Positions 1 to 13,229 of a DNA stretch of 64,000 nucleotides are shown here, in pieces (position 1 is the stretch's first letter; every line of letters starts with the position of its first letter). The notes beneath the pieces were generated by a model, which saw only the letters and a list, made by a program, of their open reading frames with translations, did not search any database and was not told where the DNA came from. A program made the position numbers and the translations under genes. The stretch comes from Lama guanicoe (taxonomy: Eukaryota): assembly GCA_013239625.1 (NCBI GenBank), contig MU053588.1, positions 955,988 to 1,019,987 on the forward strand, read 5' to 3'.

Positions 1-361
1 TAGAAAGGAGCTAGTAGGAGTTGTACAAAATGCAGGGTTTTTGTAAGAGGAGGGTGGAGCAAGAAAGTTATTAGCAAAATAAAAGAATTGTTTCAGGTCA
101 GAGATCACCTTCTTTTAGGGTGAGGGTAAGGGTTTATTTTGTAGAATACCTCTTCTTCCTTTGTAGAGGAGGGGCAGAGATGGAGAGGGCCCACGGGGCA
201 GATTACCTCATTGGCGCTGACCAAAAAATCCAGACTGGCTGATTAAGATTACCTTCCCAGGGAAGGTGGAAATTGCAATTAGGTCAGGTATTAAATCTAA
301 GTTTGGCATGGGCTTTAGCATGAGTCATGCCATTTTTGGGTCTGTGGTTTTCTTTTTAACA
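1..361 (-). mobile_element. ERV LTR fragment (window edge)
   Basis: LTR-like composition ending TTTTTAACA (TG start on the minus strand); family not determined. Confidence 0.45.
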
Positions 362-1112
362 ATACCTTTAGACATTTCCCTAGAAATTCATAAAAATGCT
401 CCTGTGTTGCAGTCTGGTTTCCCTGGACTGCCAAAAGCACTCTATGACCCCCAGCAGCTCAGCACATACAGGCACACCTGCAAGCGAGGAGCCCTGAAAA
501 CCAAGCTTCCTTAGTCTCTCCCGTCTCTGCCCTCAGTCGTCCCCTTTATCTAACCCTGTCGCCCCCTTTGTCTCCCCCTCGGCCTCCCCTTCTCTGTCCC
601 TCAGTCTCCTCCACTTACCTCAGGCAAAGATAATGGTAGAAATGACTTATGAGGAGTGATAGCACTGCGGAAGGATGTCAGCAAGTTGACTTTATCACTG
701 TGGCTTTCCCTTTCCTCCTCTGAGACATTGTCTTTTCTGGGGACCTTGAAGACTGTTCTGGTCTCTCAGTTATGAGTCCTAGCTAAGTTGCAGTCCTTTT
801 TTTGTGAGTGAGGTACCCTCGTTCCTTTTCTGTCTCTCTGGTTTAGTATCTGTGCCTTGGGCTCCACCACCATTTTCTCATCTTCAGCCCTCTCTCTCTC
901 CTAAATTCTTCTGTGACTATTATATATATTTTACTAATAAAGCAGGGATTTTGGCTTCCTGCTGGCCTCATGTTCACCCCTTCCTGATTGTGTGACTACT
1001 CTAGTTTTAAGGCTAAATGTTCTCATCTGTTTAATGGGAATAATGTAAAACAAAACAAAAAAAATTACCCACCATCCAGTCCTACAAGAATCAAGTCATT
1101 AGCGACTGTAGT

Positions 1113-1485
1113 TGTTGACCTATACCCCAAAGGGAATTCAGGGAGAAGATCAGGATGAGGCACTCTGTGCTCCGGGAAAATAGGCCCTTAGATAGTTAGA
1201 AATATTTCAGGACATATTTTTTATGAACGTGGATTCTTGCATCTTCCCATACTAAAATTATTAACTAAGATAGCTGTTCCTTGTGACTAACAGTAACCTT
1301 CTAAGGAGATGTGTGCCTGATTGCATGTACCCCTTAACCATGTGTATACTGGCCTCTCCCCCTACTTCTTTGCAGCAGTTTCTCAGAGCTGAGAGGATGT
1401 CACTCAAGCTTTGTTCCTCAATAAGTCCCCAGCTGAAAGTAAAATTCACATTTCTCACATTGTGCTTTTTTTTTTCAAATTTACA
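1113..1485 (+). mobile_element. Probable ERV solo LTR
   Basis: TG...CA termini, about 370 bp, AGTAAA signal at about 1438 followed by a T-rich U5-like end. Flanks GTAGT/ATAAT resemble a decayed TSD. Confidence 0.5.
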
Positions 1486-2279
1486 ATAATATAGAAGGGG
1501 TTGAGAATTCAATACAAGCCCATGTGTCCACAAGGCCTGGCATTATTATAAGCTTTTGATCACTGGCAGCTACTGTTACCATTTTTATTATCAGGTGTCT
1601 CTTCTAGGGTTGGCAGCCCCAAGTTGGGCTTTATCCTAAGAACTGCCACACTTTTATAAATAGAATCAGCTGGGGTGTGTCTGAGCTGGATCCCAAGCTC
1701 CACTCCTCTGCCAATCACATGTGGTTGGAATTCTGGGCTGTCCTCCAGAAAGCTGTCAGGGAGGATGATGAGTTACAGACCGAGGAGGGTGGAAGAAAAG
1801 TACCGGAGAAACTGAAGGAAAAATTCCTCCTTAAACAGAGGAGTATATCTGTGATTCTGTCAGGGAAAGAGAACCTGGCACACTCCTACTCATCCTTCAT
1901 GTCTCAGCTCAGACACTCCCTTCCTGATGAAGCTCTCATGACCTCCCTAAACTGGGTCAATTTAGGCTCCTCTAGGCTCCTCTGGGTCCCACAGTCCTCT
2001 AAGCTTCCCCATTTCAGTCCCCGTCCCTGTGCCCATGCTTCCCTCATCACAGCCTTGATCGTATTGGCTGTCACTCTGTTGAAGTGCTGGGAGCCCTCAG
2101 AGGGCAGGGTCCAGGACTGTGTTGGTCACTGCTGTGTCCCCGGCATCACCCCGCAAAGGGCCAAACACAACTCAGGCGCTGAGCAAAGACTGGGTGAACA
2201 GCTAAGGATCCCCACTCTGTCCGTGAGGGCACAGGTGACACCTGGCCCTGTGGTGTCCCTTCATGAGTTAGGCGTCCTC

Positions 2280-3200
2280 TCCGGGTGGACGTAGCTCCAC
2301 TCCAGAGAACACCTGGCGAATGGAGCGAAGGCTGGATTTCAGTTTGTCTCCTTGTCCCTTCAGCCACGCGCCCCAGTACGGATGCGGCGTACAATGTTCG
2401 CAGCCGTGCGCGTTGGCCAGGAAGAGTTGGGGAGCGACTCCTCCGTCGGAGAGCGGAAAAGAGAGTTCGGATTCACACCGGGATAGGGAGCCGCGGCTCA
2501 GGGCAGGAAGAGAAGGAAGGAAGGGAAGGAGAGGAAGAAACCCCCCACCGCTCGCTTCCCGCGTGTCTCCCGGGGTCGGGAGCTCCTGGCTCCTCCCAGT
2601 CGGTGCTCGCACCTGGCGGTGGGGCGTGCCTCAGTTTCCTCCACCCCCGCCCCTCCCCTTTTTCCTCTTCTTCCTCTTTGGGGCGCTGGTGGCCGCGTCT
2701 CGAGCACTCCCGGAACTGAAGCAGGGCGCCGGGCGGCCCGGAGGCGGGGGCCACGTCAGCGGCGCGGCCGGGGGCTCGGCGGGCTGCGCCATGCGGCCGG
2801 GCGCGCTCCTGGCGGGCGCCCTGGCGGCGTACATCGTGTACCTGGTGCTGGGCGCGCTGCTGGTGGCGTGGCTCGAGCGGCCGAACGAAGCCCGGCTCCG
2901 AGCCGAGCTGCAGACGCTGCGCGAGCGGCTGCTGCGGCACAGCCCGTGTGTGGCCGCCCCCGCCCTGGACGCCTTCGTGGAGCGGGTGCTGGCGGCGGGC
3001 CGGCTGGGACGCGTGGTGCTCGCCAACGCCTCGAGGTCTGCCAACGCCTCGGACCCCACCTGGGACTTCGCCTCGGCGTTCTTCTTCGCCAGCACGCTGG
3101 TCACCACCGTGGGTACGTGAGCGCTTCCGCGAGATCCCCCGGCCCGCGAGGACCAGGGACCCCACCTCGTCCCCCCTCTCTGAGGACCGGGAGCCGTCAC
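2280..3200. promoter_or_regulatory. CpG island / promoter of KCNK6
   Basis: Very high GC and CpG density around the start codon; GC-box-like CCCCGCCC at about 2645. Confidence 0.8.
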
Positions 3201-6200
3201 CAAATACCTTCATCCCGGCAGATCACTCCCAATCGGCTCTGAGCCCAGGATCCCCTCAACCCTCCCCACCTCCCACAAGGAGGACCTGGGACCCCCAGGG
3301 GCTCGGGGAGCCCCCATTCGAGGCTTTCCTCCCAGGACATCCCCCAGTTCCCCTGGGACCAGGGCCGCCCTCAGAGTACATTCTGGCGAGCGTCCGGGAC
3401 CCCATTCCTCTGCCTTAACCCCCTTGGAGACTCGGGTCCCTACAGTACCCTCTGCGTCCACGACTGTTCTTCCTCAGAGTCCTCCAGCGAGGACCTGAGA
3501 CCCTCTGCCTGAGAGCCCTCGACCCCTCTGGACCCGGACCTCAGCCAGGCCAGGACCTCTGCCCTTCTCTCTGGCTCAGACCTCCATCCCCTCCAGCATT
3601 ATCTCTCAATGCGTTCCTCCGGGATGCCCCCTGGGAAATTCTACCCCAACCCTGACCATAGGGCCCCAGTGAGAACCCTGAATCTCCAGAACCCTCCCAG
3701 GAGCCACCACTAAAGACTTTAGTGCCAATAGAGATCCCTCCGCTAGGACATGGGGCCCCCATCTCAGACTTCCACCCCTGTGGACCTAAACCACCCCCCA
3801 GCAAGGGCCCCTGTCCTCCTACAGACCAAGGACCACCCCACCCTCATATTCCCAAACAGGTAGCCTCAAACTCTCCTGCAGGTGCCCCTAACTCCAGACA
3901 CAGGACCCCTCTTCACATATCCCACTCCATCTTGACGTTCCTTTGTATTGGGGAGCCCTCAGTGCAGGGTTTTCTTCCCAATAGGGACACCCCCTCCCTG
4001 TTCCCTCTGAACTTGGGACTTCCAATTCTGCAGCCCCCAGCTGTGAACGTGTGAGACAGAGCTACAGCACCCTCCAGGGAGGACCACTGAGTCTCCAGGC
4101 AGAAGCACCCTATCCCACCCCTCCAGTCACCAAATGGCTCCAGCACAATCCCCTAGTGTTTTCCAAACCAGACCCATGGGGACCTCTTTGAATGTGAGAA
4201 TCCCTAGCTGAGATTCTCACCACTCTCTGAACACTGACACCCGTTAGGGACCCCAGCGCCTTCCCCACACGCTGCCCTTAAGAGCAGAATCCTCCCCCAG
4301 CCCCACACAGGAAACCAGCCCAGGTACTCTGTCTTCTGTACCTGCTGCCCCTGCTGTGAGACCCCACTGCCTACCCTGGATTTCCCAAGAAAGGAAACCT
4401 CCTGGGGACCTGGCACCCCTCCAGTCTCTCCAGACCCACAGGTGGGACCTTTCTCCCCACCCCAACACTGCCCCAGCCTGCTTTGGACCCGAAATTCTCC
4501 CTCCATCAAGGACACTCCTGGCCCTCTGCACCCCAGAACCCTCCCCAGTATCCACTCGAGACCATTACCACTTTCCACCCTTAACACTCTCAGCCAGGAC
4601 CAGAGACACTCACCCCCTCCCATCCTCCCCTTAGCATTGTCTACCCCTTTCATGGTCCCTCAGGCATCCTTGGGCTCAGAAGCCCCCTCTGCCTGAGGAC
4701 TCCCCTCCCGTTCCCACTTGTGGTCTGAAAAATGCCTCCATTGGTGCCTGCCCCCTTCTTCCTCTGGACTCAGAACCCACACTCCCTCAGGTGGGACTGA
4801 CACCCCCTTCTCCCCAGCCCTACTTGGAAAACCCCCACCTCAGTGCCCCACAGACCTGGAAAATCCCTTTGTGGGCAGGCTCTGCTTAGGCTTCCCACAA
4901 CCCCTGCCCAGCTCCCAACCTTCCTCTTTCCTCTCCTTGCTAGGATTTGGACTGAGGCAAGGCTAACCCAGACTCCTAGCTTTCCATCCCTGCCAGCAAT
5001 AGCCTGCATCGTCGTTGTGTGGACCAGCAAACCGAGGCCATGGGGCAACAGGGCTGGCTGCTTCTCATAGACTCTTCCTAGTAACTGGCTGGGCCTGCCG
5101 CACCTGTTCTTGGGCTCCATGCTCCTTCTGTCTCCTCCTAGATCCTGGCTTCTAAGAAGTTGTCCCAGGCAGAACAGGTGGAGAAGCCAAACTCAAGGCA
5201 GGCCTGGCCCAGGTTCAGATCCTCATTCAGTCACTGCTGATCTCTAAACCTCTGTGTCATCTGTAAAAATGGGGATAATAACACTTCCTGCTTCACAGTA
5301 ATGGTAATACCTGGTAGAGGATTTAACCACATGGGTTTTAATTTGATCAGCGCAAGAGCCTTGTGAGGCAAGTACCTGTTAGTGGTCCTATTTTTTACCA
5401 GTAGAAATTGAGGCCCAGAGAGGTTGGACAACTTGCCCAAGGCCACACAGCTAGGAAGTGTAGAGTGCAGATTTGAACCGAGGTGATCAGGCCTCAGAGT
5501 CCCACGCTGTTAACCAATACACCGCGCTATTTCTTAGGCTTGCATGAATAAAGAAGGATGATGTGTGTATATTGTGTAAAAAAAATAATTCTGACATTTG
5601 TTTAAAATGATATGTTATTGCAGTAAGGGAGAGAGACTGAACTCAACTCTGAACATAGCAAAGACAGCTGGAGATTTAGAGCCGAGAGCACAGTGATGGG
5701 GACAGTGGATGGAAAATGATGAGAAGACCTGGAGGGCAGGGGATTCTTGCTAAACTGGCTTAATAGGATTCTTGCTACAGACAGGCCAGGACTTGACTTA
5801 GATATCAAGGGTGGACAGTGAGAAATTTGATCAGATATCAAGGCAGGGGGAGTCTTCCTAAACCGACTTAGGATTCCTGCTAAAACCGGGCTGAGTCAGG
5901 AAGAGGGCTCACAGGGGCCTGACTCAAGTTTGGTCAAGGAGGGAGGCTGTGTCAGGGTGAAGTGCTGGGAGTGATAACTGAGGTTTCCAGAACCTCAGTG
6001 ATCGTTATTACTGTTGGTGGAGCCAGGAGCCTTGTGTGCATCTGGAGAAATGGAAAACCGGACGTCATTCAGAGAGACCTCTCCCCCAGCGTCCCTGTCT
6101 TGTCATAGGCCGGAGTCTTCTGAGGAAGACCTGGGGCCTGGAGCTGATCCCGGCAGGCTCGCTGCAACTGAGGCCAGGGGTGGTGAAGTCAGCCCACTGG

Positions 6201-9200
6201 GAACTGGGAATTGGGAGAGAGGAAGCGAGCATTACAGTCATGCTAACTCTTTCCATGTTCTAGATGCTAGGTCCTGTCCCAACCTGCCTTTGAGGAGGGG
6301 ATTTTTCTTTTTAATGAGGTACTGGGGATTGAACCCAGGACCTCGTGCATGCTAAGCATGCGCTCTACCACTGATCTATACCCTCCCTCCAGGAAGGGAT
6401 TGGTTATGAGGCCATTCTGCAGTCCTCTGAGGAAACTGAGGCTCAAAGAGAAGTCACCTAGCCAAGGTCATGCAGGACCAAATAGCAAAGCACTGATTTG
6501 GACCTGGCTCTTTGAGGTAGCAAGTTGAGGCTCACAGCCCCCCAGTCTGTTCAAACTTGATGATTTTTTTGTCTATAAGGATTTCATGTCATTTGCAAAC
6601 CCGTCATTTCAGCCAGGCTGCTGGAGTTTCTCCATCAAAATCCTTGTATTAATGAAGGTTGGAGTCTAAATGATGAAGCTCAAATAATAGTTGCTTAAAT
6701 AAGACAGAAGTTTATTTCTTGCTCAGATTCAAGGTATTCATTCCACAACCAGCATGGTGCTGCGTGGTCAGAGACCCTTGTGTTCCTCCATAACTCCTGG
6801 GCACGGTTTCCATTCCCAAGCTCATCTCATGGTCCCAAATGGCTGTTTGCCTCCAGCCTTCACATCTGTGTTCCAGCCAGCAGAAGTGGGGAGGAGAGAA
6901 GGGAGATAGGCATCTCCATTTCTCTGAAGACACTTCCTGGAAGTATAATTTTTTCATGTATATATCACGGGCCAAGAATTATTCTAGAGTCACACCGAGC
7001 CGCAGTCGAGGAGGGAATAGCTATTCCAGGTGACCATATGTCCAGCAAAAACTAGAGGAATCTTTATTTTTCCTCAGTTTTTTATTGTGGCAAAATACAC
7101 GTAACATGAAATTTATTATCTTAATCATTTTTAAGCGTACAGTTCAATGGTATTAGGTACATTCATTCATTCATTTTTGTGCAATCATTACCACCATCCA
7201 TCTCCAGAGCTCTTTTCATCTTGCAAAACTGTATCTATACTCGTATACACTAACTCCCCATTCATTCCTCACCTCAGCCCCTGGCAACCACCATTCTCCT
7301 TTCTGTCTCTGTGATTCTGACTGCTCCAAGTGCCACATATAAGTGGAATCATAAAGTATTGGTCTTTTTGTGACTGGCTTGTTTCACTTAGCATAATGTC
7401 CTCAAGGTTCATCAGTGCTGCAGCATGTGTCAGAATTTCCTTCCCTTCCTTCAAAAGGCTGAATAATATTCTGCTCTTTGTGTGTACATTTTGTCTATCC
7501 ATTCATTCATCAATGGACACTTGGATTGTTTCCACCTTTTGGCTATTGTGAGTAATGTTACTGTGAACGTAGGTGTACAGTTATCTCTTCCAGCCCCTGC
7601 TTTCAATTCTTTTGAGTATATTAAAAAAAAAAAACAGGGCATCCTTTTGTGAGGAAGACAGACCCAGGGGAAACCTGCTCATATGTGCAGTGAATGCTTC
7701 CACACCTTCTTACTGATCACAGGCTGCATCTGCAGTCTATGGGGCAACACATTTTACTATCAACATAAACCAGTCCCCTTACCGCCCCAGTCTTATCTCT
7801 GGCCCTTTGTTTGACTTATTTGGGAAATAAAAAGAGATTTTAAATGTCACACTGCCAGAGTGAGCCAGTTTTACCAACACCTGAATTCCCCTTTATGGTA
7901 TTTCTGTTTGCAGAACTCACATCCACACTGACCTTCCTGTGTTCCCAAGTCCTCCGGGACCCAGTGGGGCTTTTCACACCCATTTTAAAGTAGAGAAACC
8001 AGAGGCTCTGAGCCAGGGTAGAGCTTGCACCCTGCATTTATTATTTTGACTGTTGATCAAGTGCCCACTCTGTGCCAGATACCAGGGTGACAGTAGTGAC
8101 CCACCCAGACAGAAGCCCCTGCCCTCTTGGGCTGGCATCCTGGGGGGAGACAGGCAGCAACCAAATAAGTAAACCATGTGCTATGCTGGAAGGTGTTAAG
8201 TGCTATGAAAACAAACCAAAAGGAAGAGTTGGGTAAGAGGCCGTAAGAGTTTTAAATGGTGAGGGAAGGGCTCACTTAGGTGACATCTGAGCAAAGACCT
8301 GAAGGAGGGGAGGAAGGGAGCCATGTGGCTGATACCTGGTGGAAGAGTGTTCCACCTGGCAAGAACAGCCAGTGCAAAGGCCCTGAGGTGGGAGCATGCT
8401 GCCCTGTTGGATTGTGTGGTGCCTCGTGGGTCATGATGAGGACCTCTTACCTAAGTGAGATGGAGCCACAGGAGGGCTCAGAGCAGGGGAGGAATGTGGT
8501 GACCTAACTACTGTGTTCATAGGGTCCCTCTGGCTGTGTAGGGGGGAAGAAGGGAGATCAGGGGAAAGGCTGCCAGGTAGACAGGACCAGGATGGAGCCG
8601 TGGGGTGGAGTAGGGTGAAGTGGGCAGGATTGGGATCTATTGGACAGTTGAGACAGCAGTTCTCACCTGCTGTCTGGAAAGTGAGTGACAAGGGAATTGG
8701 GGATGACCTAAAGGCTCTAGGCCTGAGCAGCGGGAAGGGTGGCAGTGCCACCACCTGGGACGAGACACTCTGGGAGGGGCAGGTTCTGGGGTGACATCAG
8801 GTCTCGGTTTAGGGTGGTGGCCACAGAACCCAGGGTGGATGCCGAGTGGGCAGAAGGATTTCCCCTCGCTCCCGCAGGCTACGGGTACACGACGCCGCTG
8901 ACTGACGCGGGCAAGGCCTTCTCCATCGCCTTTGCGCTCCTGGGCGTGCCGGCCACCATGCTCCTGCTGACCGTCTCAGCCCAGCGCCTGTCGCTGCTGC
9001 TCACCCACGCGCCCCTGTCCTGGCTGAGCCAGCGCTGGGGCTGGGACCGCCGGCGGGCAGCCCGCTGGCACCTGGCAGTCCTGCTGGGGGTCGTGGTGAT
9101 CATCTGCTTCCTGGTGCCAGCTGCAGTCTTTGCCCACCTTGAGGAGGCCTGGAGCTTCCTGGATGCCTTTTACTTCTGCTTCATCTCACTGTCCACCATT

Positions 9201-9661
9201 GGCCTCGGTGACTATGTGCCTGGAGAGGCCCCTGGCCAGCCCTACCGGGCCCTCTACAGGGTGCTGGTCACAGGTGAGTTGGAGTGGCTGGCTGGGGACT
9301 GAAGGTGGGGTCTGAGGGGAACCTGACCCCTCCCGGGGGGAGTTGAGGGTCACAGCTCCATCCTGGGGGGTCCTGTAGCCCTATGGCCCAGCCCCAGAGG
9401 TCTGCGTCCACTCAATGCCCTTCTGCTGTCTCTGCAGCCTACCTCTTCCTGGGCCTGGTTGCCATGGTGCTTGTGCTGCAGACTGTCCGCCGCGTGTCCG
9501 ACCTTCATGGCCTCACGGAGCTCATCCTGCTCCCCAACCCGTGCCCCACCAGCCTCGACCAGGATGAGGAAGATCGGGTAGACATTCTGGACCCCCGGTC
9601 AGAGCCACACCAGCAACTCACTGCCGGCTCCCACACTGACTATGCCTCCATCTCCAGGTAG
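2791..9661 (+). CDS. KCNK6: Potassium two-pore-domain channel subfamily K member 6 (TWIK-2), 3 coding exons, 313 aa
   Basis: Exons 2791-3112, 8878-9273 and 9438-9661 (322+396+224=942 nt), GT-AG introns, phases consistent. GCCATG start. K2P pore motifs TTVGYG (across the exon 1/2 junction) and STIGLG, four hydrophobic segments, two NAS sequons, C-terminal [18 protein letters not shown] motifs. Confidence 0.97.
5575..5955 (-). mobile_element. ERV1-type LTR
   Basis: Internal repeats GGATTCTTGCTA(A) and the GAGACTGAACTCAACTCTGAA segment, typical of ERV1 LTRs read antisense. Confidence 0.5.
6304..6390 (-). mobile_element. tRNA-Ala-derived SINE (camelid-type)
   Basis: Reverse complement reads GGGTATAGATCAGTGGTAGAGCGCATGCTTAGCATGCACGAGGTCCTGGGTTCAATCCCCAGTACCTC plus an A-tail; imperfect TSD AGGAGGGGGAT/AGGAAGGGAT. 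Confidence 0.85.
7070..7625 (-). mobile_element. LINE-1 3' fragment (old L1M)
   Basis: Typical antisense L1 3' text (GACTGGCTTGTTTCACTTAGCATAATGTCCTCAAGGTTCATC); minus ORF resembles the ORF2 C-terminus ([17 protein letters not shown]). Confidence 0.85.
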
Positions 9662-12600
9662 CTGCGGCGGGTGCCGTGAGGCTGGACAGACCGGCTGAGG
9701 GGCCCACGTGACTGAAACTGATGGACTAGAATGTCCAGTAGCACACGCTGGTGTTCGGGAGGCACTGCTTAACTGTCCGTCCTTTGTTTTACCTGTCCCG
9801 GGCTCCGCGGGCATCACCACCTCCTTGTTTCCCCTGCCCCTCCTGTCACTTCGCCCTCCACCCCTACACTCTATGCCTCCCTGGCTTTCTGTCCATTTCT
9901 GTCTTTCCCTCTCATCATCTCCTTGTTTCTCATTCTTTTAATCACTCCAACAGCCTCTCACTCAGCCACTCATCGTCTGCTGATCCTACCAGGCTCTGGG
10001 CTCAGACCTCATTTTGGGCACTAGATCAGTCACTCCATCTTGGATAAGTGACTGTCCCTTTCTGAGCCTTGATTTCCTCATCTGTCAGTGGAAAGAATTT
10101 ATGCACTCATCCAAAGCCATCTCCTTTGTGCCGGCCCATACTGGGCAGTGCTAAGGACACAATATTTAAGACAGCCTGGGTCCCACTCTCAAGGGGCCAT
10201 GTTATTCTAAGATGATTTCTTTGGCCAAGCCCTGTTCTGGGTACTCTACTTGTGAGGAAGACAGTATTATCACCCCTTTCCATAGCTTAGGAAACTGAGG
10301 CACAGGGAGGGGAGGTCCCTTTTGTCTTAGACACAGAGCTAGGAGGTGATTGATTTTCTGTTTACTGCCCCTGACATCTGTCGCCTCCCAAGATGGTATA
10401 TCAGTAATAGCATTTACTGCCAACAGTCCATCTCCTGAGCTGTTACCTCTACCAAGCCCTGTGGAGGTCCCAGAAGAGAAAGGGCATTTGAGCCAGGCCT
10501 TGACAGTGGACAAGGAGAAAGGGCATGGCGAGGCATTCCAGGCGGAAGGACTGTGTGTGCAAAGGCCTGGATGTACGAAAGTATGTTGGACATCAGCTTC
10601 TGGCAAGCCATTTCCTGTGACTGGAGTATGCAGAGAACGAGGGAAGGAGGGTGAAGCAGTGGACGTGGGCACATCTTAAGCGTCCTTAACTGACCAACTC
10701 TGGAACGTGGTCTCTTTCTTGAGGGCACTAGAGCGTCATGGAAGTGTTTGAGCTGGAGAGGGCTGTAGTTAGGTTTGGGCTTTAGCTGCTGTGTGGAGAT
10801 AGACCAGAGGGGGAGATTGAGGCTGGGGGCCCAGGGGAGGCTAGGGCAGGAACAGAGCAGGAGGCAATGGGGCTGGACAGGGCTAAGGGAAGGGGAGGAA
10901 ACATGCTGAGGAGGCCAAGTGGACAGGCCATAGGCCTTTAGACCTGGGAAGGACAGGCCAGGGAAAAGTCCAAAGATGGTTAGCTACCTCTGAGATGGGG
11001 ACCTGGGAGAAAACTGATTTGAGGGGAGATGATGAGGCTTGTTTGGAACATGGTGGCTGTGAAGGTCTAAAGGGATGTCCAGGAGAAGGCATCAGGAGGT
11101 CATAGGACCCTCAAGGCAAGGGCTCAGGGGGTGGTTGAAGCTGGAGACAGATGAGGAAATTGAGGTCATGAGGGTGGATATGACAGCCCTGAGTGGGAAT
11201 GGAGAAGACTAGCTTTGAGAAATCAGCTTTAGGGTATTTGTGTATTTAGATCAATAAGGAAAGATTTGGACTGCAGGTAACAAAATCCTGTCTGGCACTG
11301 GGTGAAGCAACAAGATGGTCGTATATTGCACATTGCCAGCGTTGGGGAGAGCTCTGGGCATGATACAATCCGCAGCTCCAGGAGGGTCTTGTGGCCCTAG
11401 GTTCCCTCTCTCTCTGCTCAGCTACCCTCAGTGGAAGGCTTGGCTCCCACGTGGGCTTTCATGGCTCCACAGATCCAGGCACCATAACCCAGACATGTTA
11501 ATGTTTAATGGAAGAAGAGGGGTGATGTCTCTTCCCATGTTGTCTCTTTGGAAACAAGTTAATCTTTCCCTGATGTCTCCCAGCAGACTTCCTTTTGCAT
11601 CTCATTGGCCAAAATTGGCTCACATGCATATCTTGAACCAATCGTTGGCTAAAGTGACGGCACCATCATGATTAGCTTGGATTCCTCAGAATTTCCTCTG
11701 CTGCCCAGGACTGAGGCTGAGGCTGAGGTTTTAGTTTGCAGGCTGTCAAATACCTGAACAAAACTGGGCTTCTATTAGTAAGGCAGAAAGTTGGGAGAAT
11801 GGGCGGACACTGAGGAACTAGTCAGCCAGGGCCATCATGTACAATTATGCAGGTTGGGACCAACGTAAGGGATGCCTGGCCTGCAGGGTGGAAACAAATG
11901 GGGGCTGAAGTTCAAGACTGAATATGCCCGAAGGGGCTTTCTTTTTCTAATGAACATAACAGCTTCATATGGTGAGCAGTGTCCCTTCAAATAATGTCCT
12001 CATACCAGAGAGAAGAGCTTACAAAGGAGACAGAAGTTCCAGAGAAGAGTAGCAAAACCAGGAAGGCGGGGAGTATTGGTAAGATGAGAGAATCCTAAGG
12101 AGGGAGAAGTCAACACTGTCAAATGATGCTAAAAAACCACATAAAATTGTTTTAATAATAATGATGGAAGACACTTATATGGGATTTATTATGTCCCAGG
12201 CACTGTTCCAAGCCCTCGATACACAAGAATTTATTTAAACCTCTCAGCAACTCTGAGTCAGGTACATTCTCCAAATTGCAGGTGGGGAAAGGAGGCTCAG
12301 AGAGGCTAAGGAACTTACCCAAGATTACACAGGAAGTGCAGAACTGGAATTTAACCAGGTTTGGGTTGGTTACCTTGTCCCATGGAGGCTTAGAAACGTT
12401 CACTGTCTGTCTCTTAGCCTCCCAGCCTTCCTAGCCATTGTTGGCCCTGCTGCTAAAGTCAGCAGCTAGGTGAAGAGGCAGCGGCTTGAGGGAAGTGCCT
12501 GTATGATCTGGCTTCTGTGCCTCACCAGTTCTCCTTCCACATTCCTCTAGACAAGGAAACCAGGCCACACTCATTTCAAGATTTTTTTTTAAATGTGCAT

Positions 12601-13094
12601 GCTAAAAAATTGAAAAAGTACAGAAGAGTGTACAGTGGAAAGTAAGTCTTTCTCCTGTATGCAGGCTGTGTTGACGGATTTCTCAGGTCTCCTTCCAGGC
12701 ATGTGCCAGCAAAATACATGTGTATGTATATGTGTGTCATTAATTTTTTTCTTTCACTCTGCATAAGTGGTACCTGGTATAGTGAGGTGGTGACAATTAC
12801 AGATTCTGGAGGCCAAGTTCCTGGGTATTAATCTGAATTCAATCACTTGCAAGCTCTGTGGTTTTGGGCAAGTTATTTCACCTGCCTTTGCCTGAGTTTG
12901 CCAGTCTGTGAAATGGGATGATCATAACACCTACCTCATGGGTTTGTCTGAGAATGAAGCAATTTAATATCTGTAAAGCTCTTAGAACCGTGTCTGGTAC
13001 TCAATAAAATGTCAGCTAGTGGTTATACTCATTTCTGTACCTTGCTTTTCCATATTGTTTCATGTATACATACATAATATTTCTATACTTTTTA

Positions 13095-13229
13095 CTTTTT
13101 TAATGATTTTTTGTGGGGGGAGGTAATTAGGTTTATTTATTTGTTTGTTTTAATGGAGGGACTGGGGATTGAACCCAGGACCTCATGCATGCTAGGCTGC
13201 GCTCTACCACTGAGCTATATCCTCCCGCC
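13095..13229 (-). mobile_element. tRNA-Ala-derived SINE
   Basis: tRNA-like head plus GGGGAGGTAATTAGGTTTATTT tail, TSD ATACTTTT. Confidence 0.85.

Noticed and set aside
1677..2294. 205-aa ORF upstream of KCNK6
   Set aside because: It has a GTG start, runs through L2-like decayed sequence and resembles no protein I recognise.
2473..3418. Overlapping ORFs on both strands at KCNK6 exon 1
   Set aside because: Low stop density of a CpG island explains them.
6315..6390. tRNA-Ala(AGC) gene
   Set aside because: It has an A-rich tail, a TSD and a disrupted acceptor/D stem, and eight related copies occur in the window, so it is a SINE.
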